From Dimorphilus gyrociliatus (taxonomy: Eukaryota > Animalia > Annelida), in the NCBI GenBank assembly GCA_904063045.1, contig CAJFCJ010000014.1:2177899-2241898 (forward strand): a stretch of 64,000 nt of DNA, written 5' to 3'. The position numbers were made by a program, and so were the translations under genes. Below the pieces are notes generated by a model. That model did no database searches. It saw only the letters and a list, made by a program, of their open reading frames with translations, and was not told the DNA's origin. Positions 12,204 to 26,469 of this stretch are shown here, piece by piece (positions within the stretch are counted from its first letter, which is position 1; the number at the start of each line of letters is the position of its first letter).

Positions 12204-14240
12204 ATGGGGATGAAAACGCTTTTTCTCGCTTTTCTCCTTTGTGGTTTTGTCTATTCTATTGACTGGGTAGGATCCTCTTAAATCATTTGATAATATCTTA
12301 ACTTATTATGCTATTTTTCTAAGGATGTAGAAACGGCGTTAGATAAATTTGTAAAAGCGGATGATGGTGCATTTGAATGGGCAAGTATTCGTGAAGAAAA
12401 ATATGAAAATTTCACTCACCATGTTTTAAACATGACATCTCAATATTGGAAAAATGGTAATTTTAAGTTATTACTTAATAAATAACAATTAAATATTGTA
12501 GTGTCCTTCGTTGTAAAATAAACTTACAGATAGCTGGTCTGATGCTAGAGTTTGGTATCATTTTCTTCATGTTCTCGTTCCAAATGAAATTGAATTTAGC
12601 GAAAGTTCCATCTTGTGGATTGAAGGAGGAAGAAGAGGGAGAGAGTAAGTTGTTATAGTTTTTTTTTATCAGTAAATCATTTAGGTGTCTTCTCTTAAAA
12701 ATGAATAGCCCACCAACAGTAGATGACAACGTTTTCTTGGGGGTTCTTTCTGATATTTGTCAAGATATAAAGGGAATTGTTGCTATGTTACAAATGATAC
12801 CTTATCAACCAATAGTTTATGGTAATGACCCCGAACAAAAGAGAAGAAGTGAAGATGACAGTATAGCATACACATGGAGACAATACATTGAAAATCCAGC
12901 TGATCCTGAAATTCTCTTGCAATTTCCCAGTACCAAAGCAGCTGTAAAAGCCTTGGATGCCATCCAAGAATTCACAAAGCAAGTTCGACCAGAGACTAAC
13001 ATTGATAAATTTTTAGTATCAGGGGGATCCAAGGTAACTTTAAGGCTAAATTAATTTAACCCTCCTCTACTATCTCTATTAATTTATTAAACATCTAATT
13101 TTAGAGAGGATGGATCAGTTGGTTATTAGGATGTGTTGATAAAAGAGTAAACGCTATGGCACCTGTCGTGTTAACTGCCGTTAACTTTCAAGAGAATTTG
13201 AGAAGGCATTGGAGAGCTCTTGGGGGCTGGTCATTTGCTTTAAAAGATTATTATAATCAAAATATTACGAAAGATCTTAACTCTCCAGTTGTGACAGAGA
13301 TGATGAAACACATTGATCCCTTCAGTAATTTCTTTCATTTTAAAGATTGCCAAAAATGTTTAATAAATCACATTTCTTTCAAGGTTATAAAGAAAGGTTA
13401 ACCATGCCAAAAGTTATTGTTGCTGCTTGCGGAGACGAATTCTTTAGACCAGACGACTCTCATGTCTTTTTCAACGAATTACCAGAACCAAAATATATGC
13501 TGTATATATTAATTAATATGTTCATAGTTTTTGTATTGATATCTCCTTTTATTTTTTCATTTTTTGAAGATTGCTTGCTAATGCTCAACACACTCTTGTT
13601 GGTTCCTATCATAGAGTTATAAGCACATTAGAAGCTTTGTTTATTGGAGTTAATACTCCTGGCTATCAATTGCCAAAGTTAAGTTGGGAAAGAGGATCGG
13701 TTTGTTAATAATAATATATTATATTTTAATATTCAAATGAATACTATTTATTTTTAGCTTCCAAACGGTGGTTATATAAGATTAACATCAAACGATAATC
13801 CGTATGAAGTTAATGCTGTGTCCGCTGAAACCGGTGAAAGAAGTAAAAGAGATTTTAGACTTGTAACCGGAATCCCACCTTATGTTAATCCCGTTCTTTG
13901 GGAATGGGAGGACGCTAACAATACAGTAAGAAATATTTTTATAATTTAAGACTACTTTCGAACTAATAGAAATTGTTTTACAGGCACCCGGTGTTTGGGA
14001 AGCAAAGTACAATGAAGAAGATGATGTTTATGTTGGTATGATCATGGAGGTAAAATTACTTAGCTTCATCCTTTTATTTCAAAGTATAAACTGGTTCATT
14101 TTAAAAATTATTTTTAGGCATACTTTAGAGGACCTAAAGAAGATACACACTTTGAGTTTACAACAGAAATCCAGGTTCTACCAGATACTTTCCCATTCGA
14201 AGATTGTGTAGGGGATGGGTGCCGCGGCGAACTTGTTTAA
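12204..14240 (+). CDS. Secreted PqaA (PhoPQ-activated)/AprA-family alpha/beta-hydrolase-like protein, 10 exons
   Basis: Signal peptide MGMKTLFLAFLLCGFVYS. Spliced product contains ETALDKFV..D, LNMTSQYW, WYHFL, IPYQPI, RSEDDSIAYTW, GGSK|RGW (nucleophile motif split by an intron), IDPF, GDEFFRPDD, NAQH, RDFRL and C-terminal FPFEDCVGDGCRGELV*, all typical of this family. Nine short GT-AG introns. Confidence 0.92.
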
Positions 14241-14632
14241 TGAGTATACTGTATACAGTATAACGGCATAAATATGGAGCAAAAAATGCTATTTTTTTGT
14301 GATTGTTTTCTATATCTTTTTTTCTTAATAAACTTAAAAAAAGATAAATAAAACAACAATTTCCCATATTTTTTTATTTAGTACGAAAAGATGTTGTCTA
14401 TTGTCTCTAATGTAGGATAGAATAATAAAAAAAGAAAAGCAAACGTTGTGTAAGCCTTCGTTCCAAAAACGAAATTGAATACTTCAATAAAGTATAAACT
14501 TTTAGACAATAGGATAGATTTACTAAACTAGAATATATGTCAAACTGATTCTTGTAGTGAATAGGTGCACTTCTAATAGGCATTACAAATTTTTGAAAAT
14601 TAAACTCTCTTCCTCTTTTATAACCGAGAAAA

Positions 14633-17600
14633 ATGGAAGAAAAAAATATGAAGGAGGAATCGGAATTAAAACGTTCTCTTGAATACGAAAGTTTTCTTGA
14701 AGAAATTGGTGAAGTTGGAAATTATCAGATAATGATTTATATTTTAACCGGATTGATAAATATCAGTTTTGCTGCTAATACATTAGGACCAGTTTTTATG
14801 TAGGTTATCAACTGCAATAATATAATATATATATACAGTATACTGTTTAATTAGTTTTGACGTATCCTTTTAATGATTAATATAATAGTAAAAATAACAT
14901 ACAATAAACATTAGAGGAAGTATGGGTAATCATTAACCGTAATACTACTTCCCAAGCTAACTATAAGGATAAGGAAAACGGTGATTAGACAAGTATTTTT
15001 GATTACAGCAAATTGTTTACGTTTATTATATCATTAATCTTTTATTTTATAATTTAGTAAATTCGAGTAAGACCTGAAATCTCTTTATCTTTCAAAACAG
15101 CAGGCTTCCTTTAGACTTTCATAAAACTCGGAAAAAAGTCTATTCCCAGTTCAATCGTTTGCTTCTAACTTCTAAATTTTCTAGACTTATTCCCCTTAAA
15201 CGAATTTTATCCTCTATTTGCAAATGCTTGCATATATACATATCAAATGTTCATTAGTTTACTTTATTACATATAAACTGTATTTATTTCCTATATAATA
15301 TAATAAACTTCATTCTTGAATAAATTACAGAGCTGCTGAACCGAAACATCATTGCAAGATCGATACAAACAATTCCTTCTCTCCCAATTATATATCTATG
15401 ATGAAATTGAACAATAGTACAGAATACAATTTTTGTAAAATGTACAAAAGTAATCAGAGTTCACTTGGGCAAAGTGTTTTCGATAGTGAAATCAGTTGTA
15501 CCAATGGATCGGTTTATGATAAATCAGATTTTGTTGATACAATAATTACTGAAGTATGAGTTCAATTTCTAATAAGTTAAATAGTGTAGAATAAATTTTT
15601 TCTTATCTTTCATAAATAAATCTATAAATTATTCAACAGTGGAATTTAATTTGTGATAAAAAATACATTCAATTAATTCTATCAACAATATACTTTCTGG
15701 GTTTGATGGTTGGTGGTTTAATTTCCGGTTACATTTCAGACTTGTAAGAATCATTTTTTTATTTTATAATTATATAATAATCAATTAATAAGACAAGATT
15801 TATATTAAATAATTCTCTTTTAAAGATATGGAAGGAAAAAGATCCTATGTGGTTCAATAGTTTTGGAGTTGATATTTTCTTCAACGTTTGCTTTATTACC
15901 AAATATATATTTAATAGTAATATGGAGATTTATTATTGGAGTTTTAACGCTATCTATGATGATAGTAGGCTTTGTCTATTGTAAGTATATTTTTAAATAT
16001 AACCTCTTTTACAGTAGTATCCCACAACGTTTACTTGTACACTGTATAGCATACTTTTAGTAAATACTATATTGTATTATTAGTATTTTTTACGTAGCCT
16101 ATATTAGGTTGACTTGTTATTTACTTTCCAAACAATCATGTATATTATATATTCAAGTTCTGGAGGTTTTGGCACCAAAATGGCGAGGATTGTTGGGAAC
16201 AACGGGTGGATTGTTTTGGTCATTTTCCGTACTTTTGATGGGCATTATAGCTTATGGTGTAAGATCTTGGAAAAATTTACAATGGGCCTTAACTATTCCG
16301 CGCTTTTTATATCTTTTCTATTTGTTGGTATAAACACATAAATAACTTATTGACATATAAATATATTATATATTTATTAATAGCTTCCTACCGGAATCAC
16401 CGAGATGGTTGTTTGTTAAAAATAAACCTAGCGATGGCAATAAAATTCTAAATTTAATGATGAAATTTAACCGTAAAAAAATTGAAAATTTTGAAATTGT
16501 CATAAAAGTAAGTTTCTCAATGATAATAATTATTTAATTATTAAAATACCTTTGTTTTTTTTTTTTAAAAAAACAAAAAATATCTTTTTTACTTTACTTT
16601 TTCTTTTGTCGATAGCACGATCCGAAAAAAACAATATTCAATATGTTATTAGTACCAGAATTACGTAATAGATTTATTTACGTATCAATTATATGGTGAG
16701 AAAAAATTTTTTATTAATTATTTTAATAAAAATATAACAAACTTAAGTTAAGGGAAAATATATAAATAATTAATAAGTTAATTCAGGTAGAAGATAAGAT
16801 TTTCTATCTAATTATAGATTTACAATTGAATTCATTTTTTTAAAAATAGACTTTTTACTTTGTCGTTTATTTTATGCTTTTAAAGGGAAAATAAGAAGTG
16901 AAGGAGTTTAGCATTAACACAGATCTAGTAAAACATGACTCACACTGTATAATAGACTTTTACAGTAGTACAGTATTGCAGCTACCTCTAGCAGACAAAA
17001 ATTATTTTCATAATAATAGATAGAGATATATTAAAGGAATATAACTTTGAATTAAATAATAACAATATGAAACTTAAGTAATTCCTTAAATTGTTGTCTT
17101 CCTATTTGCTAAGCTCTATGTGTTCTATAAATATACTACAGTATAAATTTATATATATGTATATATATGCATATAGAAGAATCTATAACTTTGTACTATT
17201 ACTGCATTAAAAGTCACGTTTAAGAGAAAATATTAAATTTAATAATTTACTCTCTCTTTTCTCTTTCATTGTTCTAAATTTCTTTTCGTTATGTATTATA
17301 GTTGAAAAAGGGGAAATTGAATTTAAATAATCTAGATTTAAGAGGAAAAAGATTAAAATAAATATGATTTTGGTACACTATTTAATATGAACAGTGCACT
17401 TTTAAGTAAAATATTGAAATTAAAAGGTATTATTAACTATTAATTATCAATGATATATATAGTAATGTACTATATGTAATGGTATATTGATTTATATTTT
17501 GTTACCTTCTTTTAGGAAAATGAATGTTATTTAAAACACAATTATGCTGATAATAACTTTAGGTTTGCAAATTCTGGTGTTTACTATGGTCTTTCATTGA

Positions 17601-18139
17601 TGAGTGGCGACTTTGAACAACCAATTCATATTGCCTTCATAATATCTGGTCTTGTAGAGATAATAGGTACTTTGGTGGCGATCCCAGTAACCCATTTTAT
17701 CGGTCGTAAATACCCAATTTGCTCAGCAATGCTCCTAGGAGGAATATTTCTTTTGATTACCGTTTTTCTGTCTGACGATACAGTCATCTTTATCTTAGCA
17801 ATGATTGGAAAATTGTCAATTTCTGTTAGTTTCATAATGATTTGGCTTTATACTGGAGAACTATTTCCTACGTCGGTTAGAAATTCTGTAGTTGGAGGTG
17901 CATCTTTCTTTGGTAGATTTGGTTCGGCGTTAAGTCCAGCAGTAGCCTATTCGGTATGTTTCAATGACCTTAATAAATAAATTATTGTTTTATGACAAAA
18001 AAAAACTGTTTAGGCAAAAACGCATAAAACACCAACGATCATAGTCTTGGGGTGTATTTCTTTCTCTGCTGGTCTAGTTGCACTCCTCTTACCTGAAACA
18101 AAGAATGCTCACCTTCCAGATACAGTTGATGAAGATTAG
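14633..18139 (+). CDS. SLC22: SLC22-type organic cation transporter, about 9 exons
   Basis: N-terminal ESFLEEIGEVGNYQ, large Cys loop with TIITEWNLICD, SDLYGRK, LEVLAPKWR, LPESPRW, YYGLSL, IGRK, YTGELFPTSVRN and LLLPETKNAHLPDT* (TAG 18137-18139). Confidence 0.93.
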
Positions 18140-19204
18140 TTTTTTGGAAAGTATTCAAGTAGTTAGGATAATCTTATTTCTTTGAATTTTTTTAACTATA
18201 TTTGTAAACCCTTATCATGCTATTAAAGTAGATAGTAGATGTTACTAGTGACCGTTTTGAGCATTTAGATATTTTCATGTGAAGCACCATACATGTATAG
18301 GTTTTTTCTTAATTCTTATCTCTTTGTATCATGAAACATTTTCGCTAATTTTTAATCAAAAATATAAATAAAACCAGATCGAATTTTATGAGAAAAAAAG
18401 AAAAACAAAACAATTTTAAACTTAATGCGACAATCAGGATTTTGCAGCCGTCTCTCAAAGGATTTAAAATTTAAGATATTGCCTCTCCCTTAATATAAAG
18501 AGAAAGAAGAGAAACCACTCTTTCTCTTTAACTACTTAACCTTTAAAAAAAAGTACGTTAAAAAAAATCAATTAATCGATTTCTTTTTTTTTGTGAGAAG
18601 AAATCAGTAAAATGGAGAGAATGGATGAAAGATAAAAAGAACGAGAGACTTAGGGTGAGATGGATAGAAAATGATAATAGAAAAGAAGAATGCAATTATT
18701 TCTTTCTCAATATTTTTATTACTTAAATGTATATTTAGTTATCAAGATATCTTTACTTTTACGTTGATATTTATCAATAATACTTAAACTACTTGCTTTA
18801 AACATTTTACTATTTACTAGCGGTTTAATTATCTTCTTTATAGGTTAGAAAGTGCTAAATATTTATAAAACGTCGCTTCATTTTACGCAATTATACTGTA
18901 TACATACAGTATAATATGTATGTTACAGTGATATTTTGGTTTAAGCAACATTTACCAAAATACAAATAAAACAAATAAATATAGAATAAATAATAACATA
19001 CTGCACTAGAAACATTGAACTAGTGATATGTAAACTATTTAATCTTAATCAATCAATACGATATTATTGTTATAATACTGGAATATTAACTTTCCTATTT
19101 ATTAACCTTTACATCTATATATCGCAGATCTTTTCAAATATATACTTTGTTATATAAAAATGATGTTAGATTTTATAGGAATGTGAGTAAATAAAAATTT
19201 ACAC

Positions 19205-19213
19205 TAGATGGCA
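19205..19213 (+). promoter_or_regulatory. CTCF-like core motif (TAGATGGCA)
   Basis: acactagatggca, about 120 bp upstream of the MFSD4-like ATG. Confidence 0.4.
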
Positions 19214-19328
19214 TTGGAACTAATTCACAACGCTGTAATAAAATATTGATCGTGAACCGCACTAGAGTAGTCAGCTGTCTGCAAAGCATTCTACATGGTT
19301 TAAATATATAAATTGGTGCAATTTTATT

Positions 19329-22316
19329 ATGGCTTTTGAGCCTAAATTGAAACCTGAGGAAAGTCCATTTAGGTTCATCGATGAAAGTGCTGTAAACAGC
19401 CGGGTTGCAAGCAGAGCCGGAAGCAGGGACTTTCTGGAAAGCGATAATGATTTAATAGACGAAAACTGTAAAGGTTCTATCGGTAAAGGTGAAAAAGGAA
19501 GACGACATGGAAGGAATATATCGTGTAGAACAGCATTTTACGTACTGGTGGTCCTTTTATCATCTATTATAGCAGTAAGTATGACATTTTCTAAAGCATT
19601 CTACCAAAAATTCCTAATCTAGAGTTGGCAAAGTTAAAAGCAAAAAAGTAGAAAGGCAAGAAATTAAGAATATATTAAAGATATTTGCCAATTTACTATG
19701 GCTTAAACAGCTTTAGTATAAATTATATTTCACTTCTGATACTTGTATATTGGCGTAAGGGAGAAGCTGATATACGGGAAACGCATACAGTACGTTGTTT
19801 ACGGATTACTAATGTAAACAGCGTACAAATATAGTATATGTATTAAAAATGAGGAACTTTTTATTAAATACTAATATATATAAAATACGATAGAATGCAC
19901 CAAGCAGAATCAATAGTGTACGATTTATGAAAAAAAGAGCGAGACATAGGGCGAATAAGAGAGAGAGAGAGAGAGAGAGAGAAAAGAGAGACACAGAGTA
20001 TATACTCTATATATAAAACAGTATACATAGTATATACTATATATACTTGTGTATGCGTGTCTGTAAGTGAATAAAAGAGTTAGAAAGATAGAAAAATCAT
20101 TGGTTCGAGGCAGTACGTGCAGAAAATGTTTTTACTCAAATAAAATAAGTTGAAAAAGCTGCATCTACAGTATATTACTTTTCCAATATATATTTTTTAT
20201 TCATTAGGAATCTTTCTCTTTTACTATAAAATAATAATAATAATAGTAATAATATTAATAATTAATATAAAACGTTGATAATATGGCAATGTTCACATTT
20301 TTAATATTACGAACAAGGCCTTTTAACAATCTTATTCTGGAATTCTTTAAATATATTGTACTATTGTAGGCGCTACACTTGATATTATAAAAGTTTTATC
20401 ATCTTTGTTATACTTATATACGATTATTATTATATTATATATCTTTCCCTATATCCAAATATTTATTATAAGTGCTTTATAAATGAATATTTACAAGATA
20501 TTCAGACATCTACAGACATACACACCAATTTATATCTATATACACGTATATACTATATATATATCTATATATATAGTCATATTTTATGAAATATTGCATT
20601 CTTGATATATAAAGGCAATTGTTAAAAATTGTCAAATAAGTCTGAAATAAAGTGGCAATTGGATAAATAATGAGATTTTAAATCGAATACGAATTTTCCG
20701 TTTAGATCCCCTTTAAGTGTTGGTGACAGGAAAATCTATAGTCGAATAAGATCTAAATTTATGCATGAATTCCCATTTTCTTACTACCGATTTACTATGC
20801 AGTAAATATCTGATAGGTATCGGAAATTGTCTAGATATGTCAATAGAAAAAAATCGCTTATTCCTTTCTTTCTCTTTGTCTTTTTTCATTTGAGGAGGAT
20901 GGGAGAGAATTTAAGAATCATTCCCTTTTTTTTTGTTAAATCAATCATATTTATAACTTTTACTTTTTTAAAAATAATCAATAAAATAATGTTTCTGATT
21001 ATAATATTATCAGTTTTACAATCTTTACGTTTCTATAGGGTATCAATGCTGGTCTTCTGGCTCCTGCTCTCCTCGATCTCTCCGCTCAAGTCAATGCGTC
21101 AGTTTATGATACATCAAAGGTATTCATTTGGCGCGGAGGAGCATCCATTTTGGCCAGCGTAGTATTTGGGCTATTATTGGATTGCTTACATTATCCTTTA
21201 GTGTTGGCAATAACTCTTTTAATCCAAGGAGGAAGCGTTATAGCTTCGGGATGGTGGAAGAACCTTCTAGGAATGTGTGCCCTACAGGGTTTGGCTGGTT
21301 TCTGCAATGGGGGTTTATGTACTGGTAATATAATGTTGGGTCTACGCCTCTTCGGTAAGAAATCAAAGGAAATGATTCAAGCAGTAAACGTTGCATTTTT
21401 ATTTGGTTTGGGAATAATTCCCTTTATTGTCGAGCCATTTGTTTCGCAAATATCGAATAAGTACAATCAAGAAACCAACTCAACTAAATGTCCAATAAAA
21501 TATTTCAATATTTCGTCGAATACCAGTGGAATAAGCCAACCGCAGGAGTCGAGGATACCTTATGCCTTCTTCATCACTGGATTATTAACTTCGTTACTAT
21601 TTATTCCTTTCTCTATTTTGTTTTGTCTAAGCGAATTTCAAATACTGAGGAGAAAGAAAGGCGTAATTGACAAAAAACCTGGTGAAAGAAAGGATGATTC
21701 ATGGAATGTTTACAAGGCCTTTAGCCTTTTCTTTATATCATGCCTATTGGCTTTAGGAGGAAGTTTCGACTATAGTTTCTCCGCTCTTTTCATGCACGTT
21801 TTGGTCAATCATCTGTGCTGGGATAAGGAATTGAGTACCATAGTACTAGGCGTTTATCAAATGTCTAAAGTGATATTTAATTTTTTCTCCATATTCGCTG
21901 TAAGGTGCATAAAACCTTCGAAACTCGTTCTCATTGATTTCCTAATTATGCTTCCATCCGCTGGAATATTGACTCTTGCCCTCGAAAGATGGCCGTTTAT
22001 ACCATGGCTTTGCTCAGTTTTGTTTGCTTTTGGTATGTCGAATCTATATTCCTCTCTAATGTCATTCGAGGATACGGGCTTACCAAAATCTGGAAAAGTT
22101 GCAGGAGTCTATAACATTGCTGTTTGTACTGGAATGATGATAATGCCACCGATAGCAGCTCTTATCCTAGCTGATTTTGGAATGTTCATGTTCAAGCTAA
22201 CGTATTTGGCCATAGTTTCATTATTTTTCGTTTTCTACCTGGCTGTGAAGATCGTTTTGTACTTTCAGAATAGAAAATATAGGCTTATACGAACTGTAAA
22301 AGACGCTAATAGTTAG
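19329..22316 (+). CDS. MFSD4: MFSD4/NaGLT1-like major facilitator transporter, 2 exons, ~507 aa
   Basis: Exon 19329-19574 (donor gtaagt) joins 21039-22316 in phase 0, giving SIIA|GINAGLLAPALLDL, the family GPTLLDL motif. Also GLLLD, GLAG..GGL.TG, FGLG.IP, PYAF and about 12 TM segments. Confidence 0.85.
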
Positions 22317-22560
22317 GTCTAAATGTTTTATCCATGAAAATTAATTGTGTTTTTGTATATAATGAAAGTGACGAGAAAGAAATTTTTCACTTAGATGTTC
22401 AATGTAAAAATATAGACCAAGAATTTTACACGAAAGATATACTGTATATAATATGCTAATATATAAAAACAACAAAGCAAAGGTAAATATATAACTTTAC
22501 AGATTAATAATAAAGCTAAATAAATGAAATAATATAGACTTGTATTGTTATGTTGTTTAT

Positions 22561-22564
<4 letters not shown>

Positions 22565-22600
<36 letters not shown>
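22565..22600. repeat. (TAA)12 microsatellite
   Basis: Direct reading of the sequence. Confidence 0.9.
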
Positions 22601-22602
<2 letters not shown>

Positions 22603-22948
22603 CAGTAGGTATTAGCAATAAAAAATGCAAAAGAAAAGAGGAAAGATGGCCTTTAAGTAACAGTTACTGTCTAATCTAGGTGTATAGTATTTCTTTTCAT
22701 TTCTGTTAACCTATTAGAACATATATATATATATATAATTTATATATTGTATATATAAAGATATTTGTAATTTATTCAGGTTATAAGCTTTTTTATTGGT
22801 TGGTTTTCTTTTTAATTAGAGAAATGAACCTTCTTATAATAAAAAAGAAGAAAAAGGGAAAATGTACTGAATATTACTTATCTTTTGTTTTTTTTATATA
22901 ATCCTTTCTCTCATTTCAAATTGGTTATTACATTAAAAATCCTCTAAG

Positions 22949-22951
<3 letters not shown>

Positions 22952-22991
<40 letters not shown>
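22952..22991. repeat. (AT)n microsatellite
   Basis: About 20 units; similar TA runs occur at ~25099, 29361, 34911, 36924 and 41635. Confidence 0.9.
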
Positions 22992-22993
<2 letters not shown>

Positions 22994-23957
22994 CTTCTAG
23001 CAAATTTCTAGGAAAGTCCTCTATTTGTACTAACTGTTATACCTACAAATACCCACTTCTCTTCCACACACTTATAGCTATCTCTCTCTCCCTCCTCTCA
23101 TTCTCTCTCTTATGCACTCTCTCTCTCTCTCTCTCTCTCCTTTGCTCTCTTCTATCTGCCCATCTTCGTAAATCTAGTTGATAGAAAGAGAAAAAACATT
23201 GCCAGCAGTCACGTTTACTTAAAAAGAAATAATAATAATTTTTATATTACGAAGATAACGAGAAAATTTAAGGGGAAAAAATTGACATGTTATATAGAGA
23301 ATTTATTAAACATAAATACGAAATGATATATCCATTTATATCTATATTAGATGCATTTGAAGATGAAAGAATGTAAACGAATTCATTAAATATAAGAACT
23401 GGGAATTTCTTATAAACGATATATAGGAACGAAAACTTTGGCAAAAAGACTTGGGAAAAATCAATGTCAAGAATGTTCAGGATATTATGTCTTCCAGTCG
23501 TTCGAGTAAGTGCACAGATGAGTATAAATCTAATAAGGGATACTATAAGAAAAATAAGAAGACGAAAATTGCAAGGTGATTCAGGAAAAGAGCGAAAAGA
23601 ATAGAGAGTAGGTGGAGAGCATAAGTGGGCTAAGGCTGTCGTTTTATCAAAGTACTTTCTTTCAGAAAGAAGAAAAGAGTTAAAATTAGTTGAAATAGAA
23701 GGAAAGAGAAGGAAAATGAAAAAGGAAAGGATGAAGCATTCCATAAAGAAAGAAAAAGACATTATTTTTAGAGAATATTTTAGACTTAATCTTTTAAAGT
23801 ATACTTATTTCGTTTGCATGACAAACTAAATTATCTGTTAAATGAAATAAACATAGTAAACAAGAGATAAGAAACGGATTCATCTTAATCGAACTTGCAG
23901 CTGCATCGGTTCATTTACTACTATTCTTTCGAATCATTAGCTTTTGTAGACGAAAAC

Positions 23958-25094
23958 ATGACAACCCTTTTTATTGTAACTGAATTTATCTTCATGACAA
24001 TTATTGTCGTCGAAAATGGTCTTGTTCTTATAGCCTTTGTTAAGAATAAGAAATTAAGGTCAGTTCTTACACACTATTATCTCATACAATTGGCTTTGAC
24101 AAATTTAGCAACTGGTGCCTTCCTAAGTGTGCATATAGCTTCTCTATGGCGTCCTGCGTGGTTTGAACCTAGAGTTGGTTGCGCAGTGAGATACCTGGTA
24201 ATGGTTGTACCTTTTGCAATGAGTATGCAAACGTTGTTGGCTATAACCTTTGACAGATTCATAGCAGTTGTTTTACCTTTCTTTTACCGAAGAAATGTTT
24301 CTAGAAAGGGTATAATCGTACTCTGTACAATTATTAACGTAGGATCCATTCTACTATTTGGAGTATTACCAGTATCCGTATCTAAAAGTCGAGATGGTAG
24401 GGATGATTATGCAAATACTAGCAAATTGTCATAATAATATAGCTATTATAGGAATATAAAAGTTATAACGAACTGTATTCATTTGTATGTCAAAAATTTT
24501 TATCTATATATCTATATAGTATTCTCTAGTATACGTTTTATAACAAACTATATAAATCTATAAAACGACATTACGTAATAAATACTTTTTAAGAATAACG
24601 TCGAATATGTAAAGAATAAGGAAAGAGAGAAAGAAATATAGACATATAGACAGTGTAAATAACAAAGGAAGAGAGCCAAGGAACCTTTTATTTGTCTGTA
24701 GTCTATGATATATTAATTTGAATTTTTCTTTCATTTTACTTAAAAAAGAATGGATAGAAAGGAAGGCCAAATAGTTATCCGATGCTGCCACCTATCGACT
24801 AACCAGGAAACTAAGTATTTTTATTATAGCAAAGAGATACCCTAGAGGATAACCGACTAAACAATAATACAAAGCTGTCAAGATTTATGTTTTTTTAATT
24901 TTCTATTAATTCTTTTATTTGGTATTTTTCTCAATTTATCCCTATAATTCTTTCCCCCTCTCTCTCTCCCTCTCTCTGTGTCTATCTCCCTTAAGCAGAA
25001 TAAATAATTAATTCATACTTCTACTTTAGATAAGATAGTTAGTTTCTTTAATATGAAATAAATAATCTGTCCAAATACTAGACCACTTTATAAG

Positions 25095-25125
<31 letters not shown>

Positions 25126-25873
25126 ACGATAAAGATGTAGATTGTCAATTATGATAAAATATTAAACTATTGTAGACATACAAGTAATCAAAGCAATAGA
25201 TTTTTAATTAATATTTAGCTTCTAGAATTGATAATCATCCCAAAAATTTAAAGGTGAAAAATGTGAAATGAAAACGATTTTCTCAGAGATGTATGTTAAA
25301 GCTTTTCTACTTCCGATTTCTCTTTTATTGGTTTTATTAAAAATATTTTTATACATAGTCATTTTCTATACGAGTTGGCGAAGAGTTGAAAAAATGTCTA
25401 AATTTGCGGAGGATACACCAAGGTCAATATTCAATAGAGCATTACAAAAGAGTCATATGAGAACAACAAAAATGAGTGCAGTTGTTCTTGCAGTTTTCCT
25501 TGGGTGTTGGATGCCTTTTAATATCTATTTATGGTGTGAATACTACGGTAGGAAGAAAATAAGCCAAATAGTAATATTAATAGTTTTTCAAATACTATTA
25601 TTAAATTCCGTCTTAAATCCATTAATCTATTGTTTTGGTTTGCAAATGTTCAAGAAAGAACTTAAAATAATTATCTGTTGCCGTAAATTTAGTAATGAAA
25701 ATAATAACAATAATCATAATAACATTGGAAATTCTAGACCAAGTATACCAACTTTACAAAGAGGAATTTCAAATTCTTCATTGGTTACATGGATTAATCG
25801 AATTAAACCAGAAGATATAAGATCTCGGTCGAGTCTTACAAAGAAGTCATCTTTTAAACTTAGTCCTGATTAA
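23958..25873 (+). CDS. Orphan class A GPCR with a short N-terminus (adenosine-receptor-like layout), 2 coding exons
   Basis: Exon 23958-24396 joins 25254-25873 through a phase-1 intron (gtaggg...ttaaag), restoring the ECL2 Cys (SRDG|EKCEM). Motifs: TM1 FIVTEF..ENGLV, TM3 GC...FDRF, TM6 FLGCWMP, TM7 NSVLNPLIY. An upstream acceptor at 23948-23949 suggests a 5' UTR exon. Confidence 0.88.
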
Positions 25874-26469
25874 AACAATACAATAATATTATGTATATAT
25901 AACTTGTATATAATGTTACAGTTGTACATCATGTAGAATTAGTATTTATACATGTTTCTTCTATTTAAGTGTTAAGATGCTAGTAAAGACACTTTTGTCC
26001 TAAACTCGTTTATTTTTTTATTTTATTTTATTTACTCTGTATAATTGTTATCTTCTTTTATTATTCTATTTTAGAACAAGAAGAAGGAAAAGAAAAAGGA
26101 GAAGAAAAAAATTATACACTGATACGAATATTATTATTAATACAATACAACTCATCTATAATACTTTTTTATGTAAACAGAACAGGAGAGACAGAGAAAG
26201 AGAAAGAAAGAGAAAGGAAAAGAAAGTGTAACAACGTTTTTTCACTGGAACAAAGACAAAGAAAAATAAAAAAGTAAATAGTTGCCAATCATACATTTTC
26301 TAAGGTTTACCTGTCTTTGGTTTTTCTTTATTTTTTTAATTATTCTTTTTACCAAGTGTTTATAATAAATTATAGAAAAAGAAATAAATTCAATATACAA
26401 AAATCTTTTATTATAGATTATAAGTCATACATCTTCTCTTAGTTTAATTAACGATTTCTAACTTGTTCT

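Noticed and set aside
12204-14240. Bacterial contamination as the source of the PqaA-like sequence
   Set aside because: Nine spliceosomal introns and host-like base composition.
23268-23762. 164-aa minus-strand ORF (MSFSFFMECF...)
   Set aside because: The minus strand is strongly T/C-rich here, which suppresses stop codons. The product is F/L/S/I-biased with no motif or splice partner.
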